DNA of 52,019 bases, from IMG/VR virus record IMGVR_UViG_3300035655_000051, positions 98,232 to 150,250 of that record; one strand, 5' to 3'. This document shows, one piece after another, positions 28,229-40,200 of this stretch. The position numbers and the translations under genes are program-made. The notes beneath the pieces were generated by a model that worked only from the letters and a program-made list of their open reading frames with translations, was not told the DNA's origin and ran no database searches. This DNA comes from a virus. Taxonomy: Duplodnaviria; Heunggongvirae; Uroviricota; Caudoviricetes. The first letter of the stretch is position 1. Each line of letters starts with the position of its first letter.

Positions 28229-30076
28229 ATGTCACAAAATAGTCAAGATGCAATCGACGTGTTGAGCAAAGTCATCGTAGACACGATTGAAAAGAAACTC
28301 AATGACGCAAAATTTGACAAATCGCAGACTGGCGTGGTAACTGCGGTGAGTGGGAATACATACACAATATCCGTGTTTGGAAGCCAGTATAACATTACAT
28401 CTGACCAGATTTACACGGTTGGACAGAGTGTGGTTGTGACTGCATTGCAGGGTGATATGAAGCGACTGGTATGTTCCCCCGATAATATTGGTACAATGAA
28501 AACAGTGGACAGCAAAGTCAACGTGGTTGGCAGTCAGCTATCCATTATTGATACAGATTTTGCTGACACTATTGTCAAATACACGGATGTCAGTGAATTT
28601 TTAACGCTAAAAGATCAGGCAGACGGACAACTCAGCTTATGGTTCTACAGTGGTGTACCATCTACTGATACGGCTCCGACAGTAAATTGGGTAACGGAGG
28701 ATGCAAAGAGAGTGCACATTGGCGACCTTTATTATGACATGAAGGCTGATGATGCGTATAGGTGGACGGACACTTTTATATGGGAGGCTCTTAGTGACAA
28801 GAATTTATTGAAAGTTTTGAGAGCTGCGAGCCTTGAAAACGATACAGCAAATGGATCAAGACGTGTTTTTTTCACAACGCCTTCAACCCCATATAGCCGT
28901 GGTGATATCTGGGCAAGTAGTTCTGGTGATAATAAAGTTCTTGTATGTCAGACAGCGCGTCCTACAACTGAAAGCTTTAGTCGGACTGACTGGGCTGTGG
29001 CGCTAAAATACACGGATGATACAAAAGCAAACGAGGCACTGGATGCCGCTGGCAAAATAGATGGTGACCTTGTAAGTTTTAAAATGGAATATAATTCTGA
29101 TTTGGAGAGTACAAAGCAGCAGATTGAAGCCCGCGTAACCACTAAAAAATACAACGAGGACATGAGCGGGCTAAATACAAGAATTTCGCTGACAGAATCT
29201 AAAATTTCAAAAAACGAGAATGCCATCGTACTGTGTGCCACAAAAACTGAAGCTCAAAAGTATGCGGATACTGCAGAACTGAACGCAAATAAAAAGCTCG
29301 AAGAGCACATCAAAACAGCAACTGAAAGCATTGATTCAAAGGTGGCTAAGACAGATTATACTGGAAAAAACATTGCTACTTTGATAAACCAGAGTACAAA
29401 TACTGTAAAAATCAAGGCGACAAAGCTTAACTTGACTGGTGCTATATCTGTTGACAAAAATGGTAAAGTAGCGCTTGATTCCACCTCTGTAAACAACAGC
29501 CTTACGCAAGTTTCTGGGGATAAAATCACCACTGATACTATTACTGTGGACAAGTTGAAGGCTGGACAGATTTTCCAGCTACTATGGAAGAACGATTCAA
29601 AAGATGCATACTCTGCTGTTGGCGAAGAAAATAAGTTAACTTTTGAAGCAGACAGCGATTATTCAGAGTATATTTTTATCTTCCGTGGCTACAAAGAGAG
29701 AGAAGTTGTTGAGATTGATCCAGAGAGTGCCGCAACAAAACGGGTGCTCGAATATTTGAGCAAAGTTTCTGTTATTGTGTCGAAACCAGTCGCAGGTGAA
29801 TGGAGTGGTGCAGAATATCACTGCGTCACTATGAATACGCCGAAGTTGTGTATGATTTATGATTTGAGCGCTGGCGACAATTCTACTCCAAGTGTATCAT
29901 ACAATTCTGACACAAATATAAAAAGCGCTTTCCGTCCGTTCTATGTAAAAGCATATGAAAAGAATAATAAATATTGCACTGAAATTACATTCTTTGACGC
30001 ACAAAGCTCTGGTGAGACGGCCATTACAACAAATAACAATTTGATTATTCCATGTGAGATATATGGCGTAAAATAA
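28229..30076 (+). CDS. Minor tail protein
   Basis: N-terminal OB-fold-like segment (TGVVTAVSGNTYTI), HIGDLYYD and PYSRGDIW motifs, coiled coil, INQS..VKIKA.KL.L.G motif seen in siphovirus tail proteins. Confidence 0.7.
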   Translation: MSQNSQDAIDVLSKVIVDTIEKKLNDAKFDKSQTGVVTAVSGNTYTISVFGSQYNITSDQIYTVGQSVVVTALQGDMKRLVCSPDNIGTMKTVDSKVNVVGSQLSIIDTDFADTIVKYTDVSEFLTLKDQADGQLSLWFYSGVPSTDTAPTVNWVTEDAKRVHIGDLYYDMKADDAYRWTDTFIWEALSDKNLLKVLRAASLENDTANGSRRVFFTTPSTPYSRGDIWASSSGDNKVLVCQTARPTTESFSRTDWAVALKYTDDTKANEALDAAGKIDGDLVSFKMEYNSDLESTKQQIEARVTTKKYNEDMSGLNTRISLTESKISKNENAIVLCATKTEAQKYADTAELNANKKLEEHIKTATESIDSKVAKTDYTGKNIATLINQSTNTVKIKATKLNLTGAISVDKNGKVALDSTSVNNSLTQVSGDKITTDTITVDKLKAGQIFQLLWKNDSKDAYSAVGEENKLTFEADSDYSEYIFIFRGYKEREVVEIDPESAATKRVLEYLSKVSVIVSKPVAGEWSGAEYHCVTMNTPKLCMIYDLSAGDNSTPSVSYNSDTNIKSAFRPFYVKAYEKNNKYCTEITFFDAQSSGETAITTNNNLIIPCEIYGVK

Positions 30077-30088
30077 GGAGGTGTTAAA

Positions 30089-31444
30089 TTGGCGAAACCG
30101 ATAATTTCAAAATTTTCTGTGATAGACGCTACACGGGAAAATATCGTGCGGTACACATGTTACGATGACACGATCAATGAAGTGGAGTATATTATCTATG
30201 ACAACGCCTCCGGCAATATTATTGTTGACCAGACAGTGAAAACCAGTGGTTCATCTTCTGTGCGTATGTTTATGCTGCCAGCGAACCTTGTACATAACAG
30301 ACTACTCCCCTACTATCTTAAAATTGCAGTAACAAATCAGAGCGGCAAGAAAAGCGATTTTAGCGATGCCGTTCTTTTTTATTGCCATGAAAAACCGGTG
30401 TTAAAGTTTGTTGATGTGGAAGCACGCGCTGAAAAGACAATTCCCTTCCCTGCTTTTTCTTTTAATGTCGAGTATAAAAACATCGAAGAAGAGGGCGAGA
30501 CACTGAATCTTTATAAATATCAGCTTTATGATTCAGACAAGACTTTACTACATGAGGAGATATATCACGGCTCTATTTCACATGCGTTCAATGTAGAAAG
30601 CCTTGATAATAATAAGGTGTACTATGTGCGAGCGGTTGGAGAAACTGTAAATGGATATGTTCTGGACACGGATTTTTGCGTATTCAAAATTGAGTATGAC
30701 GGACAACTGCAGAAACTTGAAATTGTGGCAGAGAATGAAAAAAGAGAAGGTAGAATCAAGCTCACTGTTACAAAAAGCGCAGACGAGCCTAATAATTTTG
30801 ATTCTATTCGCGTAAAGCGTAGAGAGGTTGGCAAGTACGACTGGATTACGATTTATGAAAAGAAGATCACAAGTTCCGTTGAGCCTATTTTGATTGTATG
30901 CTATGACAAATTCGCACGTGGCAGGAAAACGAAATATCAGTATATGGCAGTTCCTGTTGTTGATGAAATTGAACAAGTGTACACATCTACAAGTGCCGTA
31001 AGCGATTTTGACGGAGCATGGCTAATGGATAAAGACATATCATATTATGTTGGTCTTGAGCCAGCTGTCACGAATATTACGCGCAATCAAGAAGCGTCTG
31101 TGGAGACGACATTGGGAAGCAAGTACCCCATCGTATTCTATGGTAGTGAGGCAAATTATTATAGCGGCAACTTCTCTGGTGTTATTATCAAGTGGGATCG
31201 TGCCAATGATGCGTTTGATTTTGATGGGTCTATTGACTATCGGGAGACTTTTATCAATTGGCTAACGAACAAAAAGCCAAAAGTATTGAAGATGTACGAT
31301 GGCCGCGCATGGCTGATGAACGTAAATGGAAACGTTTCTTACTCAGATGATGAACACCCGGATAAGGTGGAAATCTCGTTTGATTTTGTAGAAACTGGCG
31401 ATTTGAATAGCAGCGATGACATGAAGAACGCTGGTTTGATTTAA
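30089..31444 (+). CDS. Distal tail / baseplate protein with FN3-like domains
   Basis: YYVRAVGET and YQYMAVPV FN3-like strands; C-terminal WLTNKKPKVLK..DGR...ISFDFVE Dit-like region. Confidence 0.65.
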   Translation: MAKPIISKFSVIDATRENIVRYTCYDDTINEVEYIIYDNASGNIIVDQTVKTSGSSSVRMFMLPANLVHNRLLPYYLKIAVTNQSGKKSDFSDAVLFYCHEKPVLKFVDVEARAEKTIPFPAFSFNVEYKNIEEEGETLNLYKYQLYDSDKTLLHEEIYHGSISHAFNVESLDNNKVYYVRAVGETVNGYVLDTDFCVFKIEYDGQLQKLEIVAENEKREGRIKLTVTKSADEPNNFDSIRVKRREVGKYDWITIYEKKITSSVEPILIVCYDKFARGRKTKYQYMAVPVVDEIEQVYTSTSAVSDFDGAWLMDKDISYYVGLEPAVTNITRNQEASVETTLGSKYPIVFYGSEANYYSGNFSGVIIKWDRANDAFDFDGSIDYRETFINWLTNKKPKVLKMYDGRAWLMNVNGNVSYSDDEHPDKVEISFDFVETGDLNSSDDMKNAGLI

Positions 31445-31455
31445 GGAGGTGGGCC

Positions 31456-34263
31456 ATGACTTACTTACCCACAGAAGAAGATCTGGCCTTACTGAAAAGC
31501 CGGTCAAAAAGATTATACTGTCGTATTGAACTGCTGAATAAGGACTACCAGATTATTGATACGATCGAAGGACTTGCGTTAAGTGGTTCTAACTCGATTG
31601 ACGCAGACTCAGATACACGGCGCACTTTTAATCTTGATATCTTCCCGAAGAGTGGATTCTCTATTTCTCAGTTCTCCACAGAGGAGTGGACGAGCAAGAT
31701 GCTGCGCTTACAGATTGGTATGAAAGCTCCAACAAGTATGCCGCTTGTTGGGGCGGACGCGGTAAGAATACCAGAAGAAGAGATCGATGCAAAAATCAAA
31801 AATAGTGCGATATACAAAGAAAAGGACGCAGAGTTAAGGCAAGCAAAGTGGAGATATAAGGTTGGCGGTTATGAACAGTATGGCAATATCGAAAATATAA
31901 ACCGTAAGCGTATTATTTGGACAGATGAAAATAAAGAGAAATATGCATCTTTTGTGAAAGAGCAAGGAGATGTTGGAACATATTCGACCGTTGTTGCATC
32001 TTCAGATGGTTATACAACAAATGGCAAGACGTATGAGATTGCATACACTCCACTACTGATAGGCGGAGGAGATGTTGTTATTCCGCTGCTGAATGCAGAT
32101 ATCAGGTCTTATATTGAAGTGATTTTCAATGCAGCTTGTGATGCAGTTCAAAGAGATGGTTCAACTTTACAAAGTAAAATACTTGAACTTGATAGTTTTG
32201 GTGTTGACTGTATGATTTATGGGAAAACAGTACGTGTAAAAAATATGATTGCTGCTGTAGAGGGTGGTATCGCAGCAGGAAGGATATTATCTGCAGCCGA
32301 TGTTGCAGCGATTGCTGGCTGTACCAAAGAAGAACTTGATAAATATTTCCATGACACAAGTGTATTTGTTGGCTATTCAATGCACGATATTCAAGGAACG
32401 ATATGGGAATTGAAAGATGGTTTAATTCAGATATATAACTTCTATCACGCTTTATACTCTGGTGAGGCTGAAATACGAACTGGCACGAACTTTGTGGATA
32501 CAGATGGTGTACACTGGTATGGCGCTGGCGTATATGCAATACAGCAAAATGGATACAGTTATGATGCTACAACGAACAAACTAAGCCTTTCTTGTCTTGA
32601 TATGACCTGTTTGCTTGACGGCACGCTTGGTGGAACACTGACCGGATACGCAACGCGCATTCCGATGTATGACCGCAAGCTCGTGGTTAAGGATGGGGTC
32701 AACTACTACGAAGATGACAAAAAGAAGCCGCACTATGTTCGTGATTCCATTAAGGAGACATTTGAACTTTCAGGGCTGACAAAGAGTATGGTTGACTATT
32801 GGGTACGGCGAATTCCGCACGACCTAGAATATAATACTGGCACGACAATCTGGAACATTTTGACGGAGTTGAGAGACCTCTATTTCCCTTTCGAGATGTA
32901 TTTTGACGACGATACTTTTGTGTGTAAAGAAATTCCGTCTGGCTACGACGACCCCGTTGTTCTGGACGAGGATACATTTAAGAGTATGGTTATCAGCGAA
33001 GATGCCAGCGTCGATTACGGTCAGATCCATAACTGTGTAGAGGTATGGGGTGCATCAAACTCCAGCGACTATTTCTGTAAGGATAAACTTGAAAAAAATG
33101 ACCCAGACGGTACTGGCGAGGTCGTGTATTGTAAAAAAGGAACAAAAGAATGGAATGATGTTGTTACGCTGCTTAAAGATAATAAATTGAATATGAGCTA
33201 CAACATGAACCCAAATGATACCGGCGCGTCTATTTTATTGTTAAAATTAAAACAAGCAAGTATTCAGGACGGTACAAGATTTTCGTTTATTTGCCCAGAA
33301 GATATTGCGATAAATGCAAGAATCTGTGTTGAGAACCTTGTTACGACAATCAAAACGAATCCGACTGGGGCAGGACAGTATCGGGAAACAACGCGCGCAG
33401 TGTATGGACCTATGATGTTGTTTAAGGCTGTTACCAACGAAAAAGGAGAGGACGAACCAGAAGATACCTCTCTACTAAGGAAAGGCCGTTATTACGTCAT
33501 AAAATATGGCGAGCATTGGCTAAATCAGGCAACTGATGGTGCATTTACATATAAGTTCAACGCACTTACAGGCAAATACGAAAAAGAACAGCGTGATCCA
33601 CAGGTGCGCTATTACCCGAAACAAATCTATAATCCATCCACGAAAAATTATGACACCGTGTATGTGAAGTATAATCCAGCAACGAATACAGAGATCCAGA
33701 TATCAGACCCTGCTCTTCTTATTGAGAGCCGGGTCTATTTTATTGGTCAGTCTCAGTCTCATGCTATGACGAAGTTTGTGGATGCAATGCCGACCGCAAA
33801 ACAAATTGAGGCAGACAAGATTGCGGAGGCATGTGACAACCTTGAGTACGTTGTCGTAAATGACCCAAACCGCATTGATGACTTGTACAATAGTCGGTTG
33901 ACGATTGATAAAATCGGGCGAAGAAACCTTGTGTGCTCGGGTAGTGAGTTTGACGGATATACCTCGAATGAATCAGCCATGACGGTATGCAAATACACGC
34001 TATGGAAAAATTGTCGGCTGACGGATTCCATCACATTGAGTATGCACATGATTCCGTGGCTTGACGTAAATGAAAAGGTAAAATATGCAGCGAAGTACCT
34101 GAAGTCTGATATTGCAGTTGAGTGGATTATTAAAAAGATAGATAAAAACATTGGAGAAGGCACAATGAATGTTACATTGAGCCGCTATTACCCGTATTAT
34201 CCCTATATCACTTATGAGAATGTCCTCAAAGAAAAATATATCGATAATAAGAAAGATACTTAA
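31456..34263 (+). CDS. Tail hub / baseplate protein with inserted domain
   Basis: IDADSDTRRT N-terminus, IPWLDVNEKV C-terminus, position after the Dit-like gene; contains a domain shared with tape measure exon 3. Confidence 0.65.
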   Translation: MTYLPTEEDLALLKSRSKRLYCRIELLNKDYQIIDTIEGLALSGSNSIDADSDTRRTFNLDIFPKSGFSISQFSTEEWTSKMLRLQIGMKAPTSMPLVGADAVRIPEEEIDAKIKNSAIYKEKDAELRQAKWRYKVGGYEQYGNIENINRKRIIWTDENKEKYASFVKEQGDVGTYSTVVASSDGYTTNGKTYEIAYTPLLIGGGDVVIPLLNADIRSYIEVIFNAACDAVQRDGSTLQSKILELDSFGVDCMIYGKTVRVKNMIAAVEGGIAAGRILSAADVAAIAGCTKEELDKYFHDTSVFVGYSMHDIQGTIWELKDGLIQIYNFYHALYSGEAEIRTGTNFVDTDGVHWYGAGVYAIQQNGYSYDATTNKLSLSCLDMTCLLDGTLGGTLTGYATRIPMYDRKLVVKDGVNYYEDDKKKPHYVRDSIKETFELSGLTKSMVDYWVRRIPHDLEYNTGTTIWNILTELRDLYFPFEMYFDDDTFVCKEIPSGYDDPVVLDEDTFKSMVISEDASVDYGQIHNCVEVWGASNSSDYFCKDKLEKNDPDGTGEVVYCKKGTKEWNDVVTLLKDNKLNMSYNMNPNDTGASILLLKLKQASIQDGTRFSFICPEDIAINARICVENLVTTIKTNPTGAGQYRETTRAVYGPMMLFKAVTNEKGEDEPEDTSLLRKGRYYVIKYGEHWLNQATDGAFTYKFNALTGKYEKEQRDPQVRYYPKQIYNPSTKNYDTVYVKYNPATNTEIQISDPALLIESRVYFIGQSQSHAMTKFVDAMPTAKQIEADKIAEACDNLEYVVVNDPNRIDDLYNSRLTIDKIGRRNLVCSGSEFDGYTSNESAMTVCKYTLWKNCRLTDSITLSMHMIPWLDVNEKVKYAAKYLKSDIAVEWIIKKIDKNIGEGTMNVTLSRYYPYYPYITYENVLKEKYIDNKKDT

Positions 34264-34279
34264 TGAGAGGAGTGAGTAG

Positions 34280-37200
34280 ATGGCATTATCATTTGAAGAA
34301 TCCAAACGTATGGTCGCTGCAAGCCCCGCAATGACGATGGAGGCTTCCATAGAAGATGCTCGTCCAGTGGTTGATTGTGATGAGGATGTGGCAATCTTCT
34401 CTGTGGAAGACCAGAATTTCACCAGAAGTGGCAACTATACGTGGTTTGATACCTTCTCGGACAATGATTTTTCTACGGTTGATACCAATAAAGAAATCAC
34501 ACTGAGTCCGACTCAGGTAAATATCACACAGGAAAACAACAGTCAGGTCATTCCGTTTGAGATGCCGCGTTATTATGATGGTGTTGACCTGATGAGCATG
34601 ACGATTCAGATCCACTATGTTAACGCTAATAATGCTGAGAACTATACCGCACCCATCAACGTGAGCTATAGTACTGATAAGATCCGGTTTTACTGGATGG
34701 TCAGCAACTATGCCACCATCAAAGAGGGTGTACTGAAGTTTGAAATTATGGCGACTGGTGCAATTACTGTACCGAGCAGCGGTGAATCGAAGAATTATCT
34801 ATGGCGCACAAAGCCGAACGAAAAACTGAATGTTTTGAAATCGCTTACCGGCACCGCAATGACCGATCCGACTGGCGATGACTGGTATACTCAGTTCTTA
34901 GCTACGATGAGCCAGAAGGTTGGTGAGGCACAGACTGCTGCAACTCAGGCTGCACAGAGCGCACAAGAAGCACAGGCTGTCGTAGACGGTCTGGCCGACA
35001 CACTGGCAAGCTACTACACTAAAGAAGAGGTTGATGGTTTTGTTACTCTGCTTCGGGGTGATATCGCCAAGGTTGATGGTCTAGCAAAGTTTGATGTGCA
35101 GTATGATGCTGAAACACAGACGATTAAGTTCCTGAATGGCGAAAAGATTATTAAAACCATCACACTGAACACTGACCCGAGTGCTGATTGGGTGACAGCT
35201 TTTAATAAAACTGTTGAAGCAAAAATCGATGAAAAGATTGCGCCCGTTAAGACTGAACTGACCGAGTATAAGACCAGTACTGATGCTGCCGTAAAGAATC
35301 TGCAGGATAGCGTTGGTAACTTGCCTGAGACCTTGCAAAGTGATTATTACAACAAACAGGCAACCGATAAGCTGTTAGAAGCAAAGGCTGAAAAGACCAG
35401 CGTTGAGACCATGGCAAATGATTTGACTGTGGTAAAAAATACTGCTTCCGGTTTGCAGAATAGTATCGACACTATCAATGGCGATATTTCTGAAATTCAG
35501 GAGCAGTTGAAAAATGTGAAGCCTGACCCGAATTCTGGGCGTGAGTATGATATTACTTACGAGGATTCAAAGCTGAGCCTGTTGGAAAATGGTACTGTGA
35601 AAACGCAGGTCGTCATCCAAGGTGGTGGCGGTGGCACTGGCGGCAGTACAAGTGTTATCAAGATCGAGCGTCTGGATGGCTCTGCGCTAACTGTGATTGC
35701 TGGTGACTCAGCTATTATCAATTTCAAGTTCTCTTCTGTGGACAATTCTGGCGATGACACTGGTTCCGCTACTGGCGTCTGGTATGTCGGCAATACAAAA
35801 GTTGGCACGCAGACCGTTATCCAGGGAAAGAACAGCTTTGACGCAACCCAGTATCTGCACAGCGGTGACAATACTGTTAAGCTACAGGTGACTGATAGCG
35901 TGGGCAGTGTTGGTACAAAGACTTGGACTGTCAATGTTGTTGAGTTCTATCTGGAGAGTTCTTTTGATGATACGCTGGTTTATAGTGGAGAGGTAACCTT
36001 CCGCTACACTCCGTATGGCAATATTGCAAAAACTATCAACTTTACGATTGATGGAAAGATTCTTGGCTCTACCACAAGCAGCGTTACCGGCAGACAGCTG
36101 ACTTATGCTATTCCTGCACAGACCCACGGCGCACATTTGGTAGAAGTTTCTATGACTGCTGAAATCAATGGGAAACAGGTCACCAGCAATAAGGTTGTCA
36201 AAGATATCATGTGGGTAACTGAAGGCAATACAACTCCTATTATCAGCTGCGCCACAAAGACAGCAAGTGCAAAACAGTACAGCAACGTTGCAATCAACTA
36301 TACCGTTTATGACCCTTCCAGCTCTACAACCACTGTAACGTTGGAGGTTGACGGCGCTAAAACTGCTACTTTGACTGTTGGACGCACCATGCAGACATGG
36401 ACTTGGAAGTCCGCTGATATTGGCACTCATACGTTGAAAATCGTATGTGGCTCCGTGAGCAAGGAGATTAGTGTCGAGATCAAAGAGCTTGGTATTACGA
36501 TTGAGCCAGTTAAGACAAATCTGGCTTTTGATTTTAACCCTGCTGGCAAGACTAACGCTGACGAGACCCGCTTGTGGTCTGATGGCAATACAAGGCTGAC
36601 TGTAAGCGATAATTTTGACTGGTCTAACGGTGGCTATCAGCTGGACGAAGATGGTGATACCTACTTCTGTGTGAAGGCTGGTACAACTGCAAATATCAGT
36701 TATAAGTTGTTTGGTGATGACGCAAAGAAGTTGGGTAAGAACTTTAAGCTTGTGTTTAAGACTACGAATGTCAAGAACTACGATGCTACGGCACTGACCT
36801 GCTTGAACGGTGGTATCGGTTTGAATATTCAGGCGCAGAAGGTCACATTGACCAGTGAGCAGAATAGCATCGACCTACCAACTTGTGAAGACGACTTTAT
36901 GGAATTTGAATTTAATATTCTGCCAGACAGTCAGTACAAGGAAATGGTTCTATGGTTGGATGGTATTCCCTGTCGTGTTGAGCTGTATGACGCAAGCGAC
37001 AACTTTACACAGGCTTCTCCGGTAGGCATTACGATTGGTTCTCCTGATTGTGACGTGCTTGTTTACCGCATGAAGTCCTACATGATGAACCTGACGGACG
37101 ACGAGATCCTCGACAACTTTATTGCAGACGCAAAGAATGCAGAGGAAATGATTGAGCGCTACACCCGCAATGATATTACGGATGTGAGCGGCGAACTGAA

Positions 37201-40200
37201 TCCTGACCTACTGGCTGAGAAGTGCCCAGACCTGCGCATTATCAAGATCTCTGCTCCGACATTTACGACCGGCAAGAAGAACGAAGTGTCAAACACGACC
37301 ATTCAGCACATTTATAAGAATGGCCGCGCCGTGGAAGATAACTGGATTGCCATTGGTTCACATAAGGGACAGGGCACTAGTTCTAATGCATACGGTGAAT
37401 CTGGTCGTAATATTGATATCAACTGCTCTGGTGGTTTCACCTTTGGTGATGAGAGCACTGGCAGCAAGTATGCATTTACAGAAAACAGCGTTGGTGAGAA
37501 GTATTTTAATATCAAAGTCAATGTTGCTTCTTCTGAGAATGCAAATAATGCTCTACTGGCAGACGAGTTTAACGAGTTCAACCCGTACATTCGTCAAGCT
37601 CGCAAGGACAACCCGAAGGTACGCGACACCATGGCATTCTACCCCTGTGTCGTTTTTATTCAGGAGACCGACACCACAAACGCAACTGTCTTCAAGGATG
37701 GTCAGTGGCATTTCTATGCTTGCGGCGATTTTGGCAACTCAAAGAAGAATAGTGACACAATGGGTATGGACCCGAACAATCACAAGGAAGTTATTATTGA
37801 GATCGATAACAACACCGATGCACAGACCCGCTTCCTGAGCGGCGACTTCTCTGAGGAAACTTGGGATGGCGACCACAGCTTTGAGTTCCGTTACATCAAT
37901 AAGAATTGTACCGAGGAAGAGATTCAGGCAGCTAAAGATGCATGGATTCGCGTGCAAAACTGGGTTGTGAATGCAGATGATGCTGAATTCAAGAAGAACT
38001 TTGAGAATTACTTTATCAAGGATTCTGCCCTGTTCCACTATCTATTTACTGAGCGTCATACTATGGTCGATAACCGTGCAAAGAACGTATTCCCGCACAC
38101 GACTGACCTTGTGCACTGGGATTTCTGTTTTGACTACGATAACGACACTGCAATGGGCAACGATAACGAAGGTGGTCTGACCCTGAGTTACGGCTATGAG
38201 GATATGGACACCATTGGCACAAAGAGCGTGTTTAACGCACATGACTCTAAGCTGTGGTGCAAGATTCGTGACCTGTTTGCGGACGACCTTGCAAAGATGT
38301 TCCTGAACCGTGAGAGTGCTTTGGCATGGAGTGCTACTCGTATTTTGAAAAAGTTCGAGGATTATCAGGATGTAAAGCCTGAAAAGTTGTGGATCATGGA
38401 TATGCGGCGTAAGTATTTCCGCACTTATGAGGACAATGGCACAACCAGCTATCTGCCAATGATGCACGGTAACAAACGCCACCAAAGACGCCAGTTCCAG
38501 CGGTATCAGGAAAAATACATGGCATCTAAGTATACGGGTGCTGCTTGTACCTCTGACGATATGACCATTCGTGGTTATACTCCGACCAACTGGACAGGTG
38601 TGAAACCCGATGGCACTTTCCATATTGTCCCCTATGCCGACACTTATGTCTCTGTACGGTATGGTTCTAACCCTGTGAAGGTGCGTGGTAAGCGCGGTCA
38701 GACTTACGAGATTCAGTGCCCGATTGCAGCTATGAATGATACAGAAGTTTATGTTTACAACGCTTCTATCATCCAGAGCATTGGCGATATTTCTGGTTTC
38801 TATCCCGGCTATGTTGATTTCAGCCACGGCGTAAAATTGACTGACCTGAAGATTGGTTCTGCCGCCGAGGACTACAAGAATACGAATCTGACTGACTTTG
38901 CAGTTGGCAACAATACACTGCTTGAGCATTTAAACCTGCAGAATGTGCCGAACCTGAAGAAGTCCATCAGTCTGACCGGCTGTACAAATTTGGAAGAGTT
39001 CTATGCTGGCGGCTCTGGTATTACTGGTGTCGCATTTGCTAAGGGTGGCAAGATTCGAAAAGCTGAATTGCCTGCGATCGCAAGTCTGAGCGCTAAGAAC
39101 CTGAATTATCTGAAAGACCTGAAGGTTACAGATTATAAGAATATCACCACACTGACTGTCGAAAAGTGCCCGACTATCGACTTGATTGGAATGCTGACAA
39201 AATGCACGAGTTTGAGCCGTGTGCGGCTGACTGGCGTTGATTGGCAGTTGGATGATACTTCCCTGCTGGATCGTCTGTTGAAGATGACCGGCTTGGATGA
39301 GAATGGTTATAACACTGACCATTCTGTCGTTGAGGGTAGCGTTCATGTGCCTATCATGCGCGAGCGTCAGCTGGAGGAATTTACAGCACAATGGCCTGAT
39401 TTGAACATTACTTACAACACGCTTGTTCAGCAGTTTGTCTGGACGTTCGTGAACAAGGATGGCACGGTGTTGGATGTCCAATACATTGATAAGGGCGATA
39501 AAGCTGTTGACCCTGTTACCCGCAAGGAGAATCCGATTCCCACACCTACTGCTGAGAGCACAATTTCTACAGATTTTACTTTCAGTGGCTGGGACACCGA
39601 GTTTACGACTGTTTTCAGCAATCAGACCGTCACTGCAATTTATACCGAATCTGTGCGTAAGTACACTGTCCGCTATATGAATCGTGGCGCTGTGTTGAAG
39701 GAAACTGTTGCTCCGTATGGCTCTATGGTGCTGTATGACGGCGATACTCCGACTTATACCTCTGAGGAAACTGCTTTTAAGTATTACCTGTTCAGTGGCT
39801 GGGATAAAGGCGGTTACGTCACCGGCGATAAGGATATCAATGCTGTTTATGATAGCTGCGAGTATTCTTCTACCTACTTTGATGGTAAGGAAATCGGTCA
39901 GCTTCGTCCTGTTGAAATCTATGCGATGAACAAGGTTGGAGTTGAGCAGAATGTTGCCACGCCAAAGGATGAAGTTTCCATCAAGCTTGGCAACGATTTC
40001 TCTTATGAGGACATCACTGAAAAGGTTCTTATTAGTAAACCGCAGGTGTTTGATGGCAAGAACTACATTGATACCGACCTCAAGCTGTTTGAAGAGGATA
40101 GAGATTTTGTGCTGGCTGTTGACTACAAGATGGACATCACAAATGCAAACAACACTGTTTTGATGCAGTGCTTTGAGCAGAACGGAATGAATGGTATCCG

